Assembly (NCBI GenBank): GCA_963816395.1 | Contig: CAWFKQ010000016.1 | Coordinates: 416,001 to 480,000, forward strand | Reading direction: 5' to 3' | DNA from: an uncultured delta proteobacterium | GTDB taxonomy: Bacteria > Desulfobacterota > Desulfuromonadia > Desulfuromonadales > JACZKF01 | Length of the DNA: 64,000 nucleotides | In this document: positions 1-9,428 of the stretch, piece after piece | Numbering within the stretch: position 1 is the stretch's first letter | How the letters are laid out: each line of letters opens with the position of its first letter | Position numbers and translations under genes: made by a program | The notes under the pieces: model-generated | Databases searched by the model: none | What the model saw: the letters and a program-made list of their open reading frames with translations, nothing else | Told to the model about the DNA's origin: nothing

Positions 1-93
1 GGAGAAAGCCTCCACGGCTCCCTGCCCGGTTGCCATGGCGGTCCTGACAATGGCGTGATTGACCACATGCGCCAGAACGGTAGTCCCTACTAA
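1..93 (+). CDS. 3' end of an MtrC/OmcA-like multiheme cytochrome (paralog of 883..3041)
   Basis: Reads APC(x)GCHGGPDNGVIDHMRQNGSPY* with a 1-nt slip at ~26. Closely matches the C-terminus APCAGCHIQAGNGVLDHMQQNGAPY* of the next gene. Confidence 0.8.
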   Translation, partial: GESLHGSLPGCHGGPDNGVIDHMRQNGSPY

Positions 94-143
94 GGCTCTA
101 CCGTTTTTTTCCGATTTATCAATCTTCATTTAATGCTCAGCTC

Positions 144-174
144 GCCCCGCTTCTTCCGAAGCGGGGCTTCTTTC
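144..174 (+). terminator. Probable intrinsic terminator
   Basis: GCCCCGCTTC-ttcc-GAAGCGGGGC followed by TTCTTTC, downstream of the stop at 93. Confidence 0.6.
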
Positions 175-712
175 GTGGGAATCAGGAAATTCACCGAGAG
201 GCCCTTTGCGGTCCCGCTGCCATACTGCCCATAAAAGACATCTCATGAGATTCGCCTCCTTGGTTGAGGCTGGATTTCTCCGTGCGCTTCGGTCGGCAGA
301 ACTGCCCGCGTGCCTGGCTCACGCCCCTGCCGTATCTGACTTTTGACCTGCCACAAGGCCGCATTGTCTTGGCCCCTGTTCTCTCGCGGACTTCTCTTGC
401 TTACGGAATTTGCACTATTCAGCGGCGCCCGAATAGCGGGCGAGGGACGATGACGGCATCGGAAATTTTTCCTTTGACGTAGGGAAATGACTGACATGGT
501 TGGCGATACGGCGGGCATTGAGTCGCAGCGTCGGAAAGATGGGAGTCGAAAGAGGAAGTTATGTTGCCTCAAGAAACTTTCTATTTTGGTCGGAGATCCT
601 TTTGTGTTTTTTCGAAAAATCAAGAAATTTCACCTGGATGGGTGACGTTCAAAATTATCCGCAAGCATTAAACATCCTCTAACAATTCGAAATTTCTCCT
701 GAATTTCTCATT

Positions 713-731
713 TTGGTCTGATAGCTGCAAT
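713..731 (+). promoter_or_regulatory. Putative sigma54 (-24/-12) promoter
   Basis: TTGGTCTGATAGCTGCAAT with GG(715-716)-N10-GC(727-728). IHF-like AATCAAGAAATTT at 618-630. Confidence 0.55.
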
Positions 732-882
732 CCTTAGGCAAAGCCTTTTAACAGGGGAGTGCAGTCGAAAAAATAATCGAAGGCGACCTGCGGCAGAAAA
801 AATACTCTAGGGAAGCAGGAGGTTGGAGGAGCCCCATGTGGGGCTGGATGGCAAGTATTCATCATCAAAAAGGAGAAGAGGG

Positions 883-3041
883 ATGAGAAAGTTGAAAGTT
901 TTGCACAAGCTGCTGTTTGTTGCAGCCTTGATCCTCTCGCTGGCCATGTTTGGCTGCAGTGGGGATGACGGGTCGAATGGAGCGCCCGGCGCCACCGGCT
1001 CCCAGGGTGAGCAAGGAGATCCCGGGCCGGTGACCACTACCAGTGAGTCATGTGCGGTTTGCCATGGTAGTGGGAAAGTGGCCCAGGTCGCCGATTTCCA
1101 TGATGTGGACGCCTATACGGCCAACAACAAGATCACCGTTACGGATGTCGTGATCACTCCGGGCACCGGCATGGATGTCTCCTTCACGGTGGCCGATAGC
1201 GCCGGAACCCCATCGCCCTCACCGCGGAACAAGAGCATGTCAGCGTCAACTTGTCCAAGCTGGTGCAGGAAGTGGACACCGTCGACGGAAATCCCGTTCT
1301 CACCAACGTGTTCACCTGGCGGAACTACATCAACCGGACGGAGACCGCTACCGCCACTGCCGGCCCCAACGGCCAGGCGGTGCTGGCTTCGGCCATTCAG
1401 GGCACGACCCAGGCGTGCGACACTCTGACTGCTGGGGTAAACACCGGCGAGTACACCTGCACGATCAACACCGATGTGACCAACATCACCACCCCGGCGG
1501 CGGTCGCCTGGGAGCCGACCCTGACTCACCGGGTGGCGGTCCTTTTTGGCTCTCACCTGCCGGCCGGGCAATACCCGGGCAACGGATGGGCCGATTTCAT
1601 CCCGGCCGATCTGGGTAGCGGCTTTGCCGCGGCTAAGTCGGCAGTCGTGAACACCCGCGACATCGCCACGGTAGATTCCTGCAACGAGTGCCACGGCAAA
1701 CTCTCCGGCCATGGCGGCGACCGCGTTACCGTCGCCATCTGCGTGACCTGCCACAACCCCGGCACCACCGACGCCAACAGCGGCAACGTGGTCGATCTGC
1801 CGACCATGATTCACAAAATCCATGCCGGCGAGCACCTGACCCAGGAGTACACCATCTGGGGTTATCGTGACACGGCCCATAGCTACAACGAAGTGACCTT
1901 CCCTGGGGACCTCAAGAACTGCGCGAAGTGCCATACCAGCGAAGATACGGCCACTCCGGACGGCGACGCCTGGAAAACGGTCCCCACCATCGCCGCCTGC
2001 GGCGCCTGCCATGACGACGTTAACTTCGCTACCGGTGCCAACCATCCGGGCGGCATCCAGGCCGATAACGCGGCTTGCAAATTCTGCCACGCCCCGGCAG
2101 CCATCGCCGGTTATCACGACACCACCCTCACCGGCAAGGACGCTGCTGAATTCCAGGTGAACATCAGCATGACTCCGCCCGCCAACGGCACCAACTATGT
2201 GGCCGGCGAGGCCCCGGTGGTGACCGTGACGCTGAAGGACGCGGCCGGTGCCGACGTCGACCCGACCGTCTACACTGCCGCTAAGGATGCCAAAGGGGTC
2301 AGCGGTGGCGGCCTGTCTGCTGCCAGCCTGTACGTCTACGGTCCCCGCGCCAAAGCCAAGCCGGTTTTGACCACCGGCTCGAGCACCGATCCGAACCTGG
2401 CCGCCGACGCCGAGCCGACCCAGGGTCACAACCTGCTGATCCCCTCCACGGATCCCCTGGTCAGCGCCGATGCGAACGGCTTCCATTATCAGCTGCAGGC
2501 CATTCCTGCCGACCTGCCCGCGGGGACCTACATGGTCCGGTTTGAAGGCGCCGACTACGGCGGGGTCAGCAACGACGATTACGTGACCAGCTCGGTTGCG
2601 CTGATCAATTTCCAAGTGGGGACTGCCACGCCCGAGAAGAAGGTTGCCGGCGACGGCTGTTTGAACTGCCACGGCGACAACCGTATGCACCTGGCCGGCG
2701 CGCATGCGCATAACATTCCGTTCGATACCGATTACTGCCTGGCCTGCCATGATCAGTCGAACAACCATGGCGTGCCCATCGCCAACCGGGTGCATGCCGT
2801 CCATGCCGCGAATTCCGATGGCGACCTGTATGGCCCTCTCTACACCTATGAAGCCAGCCCGGGCCCCCGTGACTGGTCGGATATCACTTACCCGCAGAAT
2901 GTTCAGCACTGCCAGACCTGCCACAACTCGGGTAACTCTTCCTACACGACCAAGCCGTACGAGGCGCCCTGCGCCGGCTGCCATATCCAGGCAGGCAACG
3001 GAGTACTCGACCATATGCAGCAGAATGGTGCTCCGTACTAA
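883..3041 (+). CDS. Decaheme MtrC/OmcA-like outer-surface lipoprotein cytochrome c (1+5+4 heme layout); frameshift at ~1210
   Basis: RBS AGGAG, lipobox MFG-C and a short G-X-Y repeat. 10 CxxCH motifs across ORFs 823..1428 and 1251..3041, which join if one C is added to the C-run at 1208-1211. MtrC-type WRNYINR and MIHKIH motifs. Confidence 0.88.
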
Positions 3042-3086
3042 CCCGGTGTAACCCTTTACCGACTTATACAAGTTCGGATGTAATCA

Positions 3087-3118
3087 CGAGCGGGCTGAAA
3101 AGCCCGCTCGCTTTTTTT
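3087..3118 (+). terminator. Intrinsic terminator
   Basis: CGAGCGGGCT-gaaa-AGCCCGCTCG followed by a T-run. Confidence 0.8.
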
Positions 3119-3489
3119 AACCCCCGCTTTTTTTTGAAAAAGGGATTTCGCCTCCGAATGTCCGCCTCTCTCGGGCCTTCGGCGCATACGTTTAACCTGC
3201 CGTTTCCCATTCTGCACTTGGAGTGGGGCGAAAGGCGGCACACCGAAGGATAGGAGAGAGTCTCTGTGAATGTAGGGGAAAGGCTTACGGGAAAAAATGA
3301 AAAAGGAAAAAATCTGGAAAGTTTCCGCTAGGAATTGCCTTTTTTTTGAATTAAGATTTCCCTCGGTCCCGATTCAAATTTAATGAAGACTTAAGCCTCT
3401 ATTAACGCAAATGGCCTTCGGCCCCATATTGAAAATTTAATTTTGTCCATCAGCATCACTTGTCTGTGAACACCTGTAAGGAGGATCCG

Positions 3490-4770
3490 ATGAAGAAAAG
3501 GCAACACTTCCTCTCCGCGCGTGCCGGAGCCCTGCTCTGCCTGGCCCTTCTGTTATGCCTGCCCACCGCCGGTTGGAGCGCAAGCGTCTCTTTCACCTCC
3601 GACACCCTCCTCCGCCTGTTCGAGCGCAACGACGATAAGACCGCGCCCGGCTACGAGTACCTGCGGGTCGATGGCGGCGCCCTCGAAGAAAAAGGGCTGA
3701 GCTTCCACCTGTACGGCTGGGGGCGGGCCGACCTGGCCGACAGTGATTATTTTTCGGACCAGACCGCCGGGGAGCTGCTCTACGGCTATCTGGAATATTC
3801 GAATGCCATCAACAACTTCGACCTGAAGGTCGGGCGGCAGTACATTTTCGAAGGGGTCGCCAACCAGAGCGTCGACGGGGCGCGTCTCGCAGTCGACATC
3901 ACCCCCTATTTCACCGTCTCGGCCTACGGTGGCCAGCCCGTCGCCCTCGACTCCGAACAGGGCCGCAGCGGCGACAGCACCTTCGGCGGCCGCATCGGTC
4001 ACCACCTCGGGTCGCTCTACGATCTCGGGGTTTCCTACAAGGTGGTGGGCAACGATGGCGCCGAGCAGGAGCAGAAGGTCGGGGTCGACCTGAATGCCGA
4101 ACTCCCCTTCGGCGTGAGTTTCTCGGGCTTTTCTTCTTACAACCTGCGCACCGACGGCTGGGGGGAGCAGTCCTACGAGCTGCGCTTCAGCCTCGCCGAT
4201 TTTGCCTTCCGCCCCTTCTTTCAGCGGTTCCGCTACGAGGACTACTTCGGAACCGGGGTCAACAGCGCCAATCCCTTCATTCTGCTGGCCGCTGCCGACC
4301 AGACCCTCACCAGCTACGGCACCGATATCCTGTGGCGCAAGTATGAGAAGTGGGACATCGGGGCGAAATTCAAGGGTTACCACTACGATGAGGGCCTCAC
4401 CGATACCGCCTACTATTATAGCGGGCTGCTCACCTGGCACGGCGAGGGGCTCAGCCAGATCGGCGGCGAACTCGGCTATATGGACGGCGATCTCGACCGC
4501 GACCGCTACCTGCTCGCTCGGGCCTACTTCTACTGCGATCAGGTCAGCAAAATGCTGCCCTTCAAGTTCGTCACCGGCGACCTCGTCTATGCGCATTACG
4601 AGCAGGACATCAACAACGAGGACAACTCCGTGTTCGTCTCCCTCGGGGTCGGTTCGAATTTCCTCAAGGACAAGCTGCAGGTCAAGCTTTCCGGCGACTT
4701 CAGCTCGGATCCCTACTTCGACAGCGATCTGCGCGGCCTGCTGACGGCCCGGTATGCCTTCGATATGTAA
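3490..4770 (+). CDS. Outer-membrane beta-barrel porin of a porin-cytochrome conduit (ExtB/ExtE-like)
   Basis: Signal peptide, alternating aromatic/Gly beta-strand pattern, C-terminal ARYAFDM. Lies immediately upstream of two lipoprotein cytochromes. Confidence 0.8.
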   Translation: MKKRQHFLSARAGALLCLALLLCLPTAGWSASVSFTSDTLLRLFERNDDKTAPGYEYLRVDGGALEEKGLSFHLYGWGRADLADSDYFSDQTAGELLYGYLEYSNAINNFDLKVGRQYIFEGVANQSVDGARLAVDITPYFTVSAYGGQPVALDSEQGRSGDSTFGGRIGHHLGSLYDLGVSYKVVGNDGAEQEQKVGVDLNAELPFGVSFSGFSSYNLRTDGWGEQSYELRFSLADFAFRPFFQRFRYEDYFGTGVNSANPFILLAAADQTLTSYGTDILWRKYEKWDIGAKFKGYHYDEGLTDTAYYYSGLLTWHGEGLSQIGGELGYMDGDLDRDRYLLARAYFYCDQVSKMLPFKFVTGDLVYAHYEQDINNEDNSVFVSLGVGSNFLKDKLQVKLSGDFSSDPYFDSDLRGLLTARYAFDM

Positions 4771-4807
4771 GCCGAACGGCTTTCCCTTTCGGATCAGGAG
4801 CGGAATC

Positions 4808-5275
4808 ATGCTGAAAAGAATCGTATTGTTTGTCGTCCTGACGGCCCTGCCGCTCACTATGTTGGCCTGCGCTACGCTCAAGAGCGGGTTTGAATTCCCC
4901 GCCAAGCATCCCGAGGAGCTAGCCCAGGGAGTACGGCCCACCTGTACCGAGTGCCATGATGCGCGCGACGAAAATGTCGATTATCAGCGCTTCAACCACA
5001 CCGTTTACTTCATGGACAACCACCGTCAGGCCGCCTACCAGCGCTCGCAGGTCTGCTCCATGTGTCATGCGACCAGCTTCTGCAATGACTGCCATGCCAC
5101 ACGGGTGGAACTCAAGCCCTCGATCAAGAACCAGACCGAGAACTACCGGCGGCTGCAGCATCGGGGCGACTACCTCTCGCGGCACCGGATCGATGGCCGG
5201 ATCGACCCGACCTCCTGCTTCCGCTGCCACGGCAACCCCAAGGCATCGGCAACCTGCGTACCCTGCCACGGCTAG
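4808..5275 (+). CDS. Pentaheme lipoprotein cytochrome c (ExtC/ExtF-like)
   Basis: Lipobox MLA-C; CTECH, CSMCH, CNDCH, CFRCH, CVPCH. Confidence 0.88.
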   Translation: MLKRIVLFVVLTALPLTMLACATLKSGFEFPAKHPEELAQGVRPTCTECHDARDENVDYQRFNHTVYFMDNHRQAAYQRSQVCSMCHATSFCNDCHATRVELKPSIKNQTENYRRLQHRGDYLSRHRIDGRIDPTSCFRCHGNPKASATCVPCHG

Positions 5276-5302
5276 CATTCAATGGGCATAAGGAGGAAAA
5301 TT

Positions 5303-6170
5303 ATGCACAAATTGACCCTGATATTATCCCTGCTGCTTCTGACCGCACTCGCGGCGGGTTGCGCTGACCAGAGCGATGGGGCGGCCGATACCAATCAACC
5401 ACATCCTCTGGGAGCCGCCTGGCTGCTGCCCAGCGGCCATCCCACGGCGGCGGTTGACGAGTCTCTCCCCTGTTTCGGCTGCCACCAGGAAAATGTCGGA
5501 GGCGCTGCTCCCGCCTGCAGCCAGTGCCACACGGCAGGTCCGCCCAACTTCATCGTCGGGACGTGCGATTCCTGCCATTCAAAACCGCCCGATGGCGACG
5601 CTCGTCCCAACCGGGAAGGCGCCCATACCACCCACAACGCCCTGCCTCAAGTCACCGACGTTTGCGCCACCTGTCACAATGGCGCCGGGAGCGGCTCTTT
5701 GCATCACTACGATACGTCTTCCCCGGCGGATGTCGCGTTCTTGGCAGCTTATAACGCCAAATCGGGTTCCGCGGCCTTTACGCCCGATGCTGCCAATCCG
5801 GGTACCGGCACCTGCAGCAACGTCAGTTGCCATGGCGGCCAGCAGACTCCCGACTGGCAGAGCGGGGTGATCAATGTCAATCAGGAATGCACCAAATGCC
5901 ACGAGCTGGGCACCGACTTCCAGACCCCCCAGTACAACAGCCCCTATTCGGGACAGCACCAGTTTCACGTGGCGACGGAGAAATTCGGCTGCATCATCTG
6001 TCATGATACGACCAAACTGGCCAACGGGCATTTCAGCGGCCTGAACACTCCGGAATTCGAGGCAGATCCGGCGGCGACCCTGCAGGATTTCATCACACTA
6101 CGATCCGCAGGCCATGACCTGCACCAACAACCTCGGCGCCTGTCACGCTGGTCAGACGCGGCCCTGGTAA
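5303..6170 (+). CDS. Lipoprotein multiheme cytochrome with CxxxxCH/CxxCH domain; frameshift at ~6095
   Basis: RBS AGGAGG, lipobox AAG-C, 6 CxxCH plus CSNVSCH. The shifted tail YDPQAMTCTNNLGACHAGQTRPW* ends at TAA 6168-6170. Confidence 0.82.
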
Positions 6171-6286
6171 ATAGCGGGAGAAGCATTAACCTCGTATGCT
6201 ATTGCCGTTCGATTTGAACGATCCATAGCAAACTTACCTGGAATGCACCGGAGCCAGGTGAATTTGCAAAAAAAATGAAGGTGGAG

Positions 6287-6321
6287 AAGGGCCGGAAAAG
6301 AATTCCCGGCCCTTTTCTTTT
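6287..6321 (+). terminator. Intrinsic terminator
   Basis: AAGGGCCGG...CCGGCCCTT followed by TTCTTTT. Confidence 0.65.
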
Positions 6322-6490
6322 GTGCGCCAGACATCAGCGATTTCGCCGTGTCTGGCGTTTTTTGCTGCTGTTACCGCGGATCGACGCTGAGGGAACCTGA
6401 TGGTTAGTAAGAGCCTGCTCAAGGCGGAAGTGCTTGAAAAGTAAATAATTCTCATTCCATATGCGGAAAAAAATCCCAGATTAAAATATC

Positions 6491-6509
6491 TTGGTCCGTT
6501 CTGTGCAAT
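6491..6509 (+). promoter_or_regulatory. Putative sigma54 (-24/-12) promoter
   Basis: TTGGTCCGTTCTGTGCAAT with GG(6493-6494)-N10-GC(6505-6506). Same TTGGTC...TGCAAT form as 713-731. Confidence 0.55.
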
Positions 6510-6836
6510 AATTAGTACCAGACATTTAAAAATAAAAATATTGTTGATTTCATTTTAATTTATTATATTTTTTATTATGAAATATCCTTGGAAAACGCAT
6601 ATTTGGGGTGTTTTGCCGTTCTGGATAAGTGATGGGGGTCGCGGCTAAATTATTCCCCGATTACGGTCCGAGGCCGAACGGAGGGAAACTTCGCAATTCG
6701 ACCTGGGTCAAATGACTGAAAGGAAAAACGAGATAGAGCTGAGGTCGAGAGAATTTTTCGAACAGACAATTGGCGGAAACCAGTTAAATGGGCCACCGTG
6801 GTGGTTGGCCAGAACATCCAACAAGAGAGGGAGTAG

Positions 6837-9080
6837 ATGGACATGAAGAGATTCAGAGGAGGACTGTTGGTAGTCCTGATGGCGCTGGCGGTCGGGTTCT
6901 ACGGCTGTTCAGGCGATGATGGAAAAGACGGCGCACCGGGGCCGGCCGGTCAGGATGGGAAAGATGCGCCCGTGACCGCATCCGTAAAGGCAGAGTCATG
7001 TGCCGTTTGCCATGCCGGCGTCGGCGATGATCACCAGGCGGTTTACAACAGCACCAAGGATGCATCGAAACTCGTGCTCAACTACACCGACGTAGCGGAA
7101 ACGGATAACGGTGACGGGACATACACCTATCTCGCCACGTTCACCATCACCGATAATGGTGCTCCCTATGCCGCGACGGTGACCAGCAACAAGATCGCCG
7201 GCCTGGATACCCAGAGCTGGAACTGGGTGGACTTTGACCCCGCCACCAATCAATTCGACACCGTCTACTTCGGGACCAAGGACGACGGCAGCCCCAAGGC
7301 AGCCAGCTCGACGATTGCCGCCACCGACACTCCCGGCACCTACACCCAGACCGTCACGCTGGACAGCCAACTCACCACCGGCGATGCGTACGGCTATATT
7401 GCCCGCACGAAGGTCGGTCCTTCCCCCGTCTCGCATGTCCAGCTGTATGACGACGTCTCCAACGCCGGTATCAAGGTCGGCACCTGGACCTATACCTCCG
7501 CGGTCACCGAGGACGCCTGCGCCAACTGCCATGGCAAACCGTACCTGAAGCATGGCTATCGCGGCTTCGCGGCAACCGGCCTGGACGATGCGGTAGCCTG
7601 CAAGAACTGCCACTACGACACGCGAACCGGCTCCGACGCGGCAGAATTCTTCGGCGACGAGGCTTACGGCTACAAGGCCAGCATCATGGCCGATACCCAT
7701 GCCTCCCACAACAACGTCTTCCCTTATCCCCAGGCGATGAATAACTGCGTGGCCTGCCACCCGGGTGCGAAACTCGCCAGGCGTCCTGACAGACGCCAAT
7801 TTCCGGAGAGATGTCTGCGAAAGCTGCCACGCCGACGTCGACCCGGCCACCAATACCGTCGTCTCGAAGCCCCTTTCGACGATCGTGCCGCATGACCATC
7901 CCCGACTAACGAGTGCAACGAGTGCCACAAGGTGGCGGCATCGGCCCCGTCTTCAGCGCCGATTCACAGCGGCTACAACAGCGAAATCTACTCTGCTGCC
8001 GGCGAGAGATATTCCGACCTCGTCACGACCACCATCGATTCGGCAAGCATCGCCAATAACGTTCTGGATATCAAATTCAGCGCGACCGGTTCTGCCGCTG
8101 ATCTCGGTCTCGCCGCCAAGGACATCGTGCCCACCGTTCTTGTCGGTCTGTACGGCTACGACACCCATAATTTCGTCGTCAGCCCGCACAACAGCGATAT
8201 TACAGAGGCTGACGGTACTAAAAGTAGAAACCTGGAATATGTTGTAGGCGCAACGCATCCCCGCTTCACTACGGTGGCGGCGGCGGACGGCAGCTGGGAA
8301 GTCACTGCCGACATTTCAGCCTGGGCAGACAAAATTGCTGATGGTTCGGTCAAGCGGCTGGAAATTGCTGTGATGCCGAAGCTTGGCAAGGTTGTGGGTG
8401 AGGTTGACTCCCGTGAAAATGGTGAGACCGACGATCTGGTTCTCGCCCTCAACGCGCCTTCCAAAACCTTCAACATCGCCGACAACGCCTTCGAGGAGTA
8501 TTTCAACCCCATCGTCAAAGTTGCCGACGGCTGCAACAAGTGCCATGACGCCCTTGGTACAACGTTCCATTCCGGCGATCGTGGCGGCAACATCGTCGTC
8601 TGCCGGCTGTGCCACACGGTTAATAATGGCGCCAGCCACCTGGAGATGCAGGGCAGGTCGATCGATTCCTACGTCCATGCGATCCACTCCATGCAGCCGC
8701 TGGATCCCCAGAACCTGACCAAGGAAGAGTTCGAGGAGGAAGTCGGTTTCGTGTACCCCACCTTCACCACGACGGCTTGCGAATCCTGCCACAATGCCGG
8801 AACCTACAATGTACCGGATCAGGCCAAGTCGCTGCCCGGCATTCTTTCGGCATCGAAGCAACTGCCCTGGGACAGAAATATTGGCGATGTCCCGAGCTAT
8901 ATCGTCGGACCTGCCTCCCGGGCCTGCGGTGGCTGCCACCGGGCTGAACTGATCAACGAAGATAAGGCTGGTGATCTTGCCGCATTCAACGAGCACACCG
9001 GGACCTTTGGTACTCTTGTTGATGCTGCCACTACGACGCTTGCTACGGTCACTGACCAAATCATGTCCATGTTCAAGTAA
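6837..9080 (+). CDS. Decaheme MtrC/OmcA-like lipoprotein cytochrome c (1+5+4 layout); frameshifts at ~7780 and ~7900
   Basis: Lipobox FYG-C and a G-X-Y repeat. Motifs CAVCH, CANCH, CKNCH, CVACH, CESCH, CNECH (7914-7928), CNKCH, CRLCH, CESCH, CGGCH are spread across three reading frames. Confidence 0.82.
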
Positions 9081-9130
9081 GGAAAGTGCGAGGTAGGTTT
9101 CGGCCCACCTCAGTTCCTGTCATTGTCTGT

Positions 9131-9161
9131 GGGCGGACCCTCCCGGGTCCGCCCTTTTTTT
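9131..9161 (+). terminator. Intrinsic terminator
   Basis: GGGCGGACCC-tccc-GGGTCCGCCC followed by T7. Confidence 0.85.
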
Positions 9162-9242
9162 AATCGCCACAGGCGAGAATATCTTTAATTAATCATTGAT
9201 CTTTAATTAACGCAACACACCGAAAAATAAAGAGAATCTTCA

Positions 9243-9271
9243 TTGACAGCCCGCCTCCTCTATGTTCTAAT
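9243..9271 (+). promoter_or_regulatory. Putative sigma70 promoter
   Basis: TTGACA-17 nt-TCTAAT with an extended -10 TG. A direct repeat ATCTTTAATTAA lies upstream at 9181 and 9199. Confidence 0.6.
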
Positions 9272-9428
9272 AAGCGAAGATTCATTCGACTCCCCTCGAT
9301 AAAAATTCAGAAACGCACGAATCCAAAAGCAGTACGGAGGAATCGATGCGATGCCGAGGTTCACCACGGAAGCAGAGGGTTCTCCACAGTGAGGTCTTCC
9401 CGCAGGACTATCCCAAGGAGGCGGAAAA

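Noticed and set aside
190..235. GGGACCGCAAAG on the - strand, resembling part of a c-di-GMP-I/GEMM riboswitch
   Set aside because: The GGCAAA...GAAA P1 and the P2 elements are not recognisable, and the orientation is opposite to the cytochrome genes. An Rfam scan would settle it.
883..9080. Selenocysteine or stop-codon readthrough in the split cytochrome ORFs
   Set aside because: The breaks are frame changes, not in-frame TGA codons at Cys positions.
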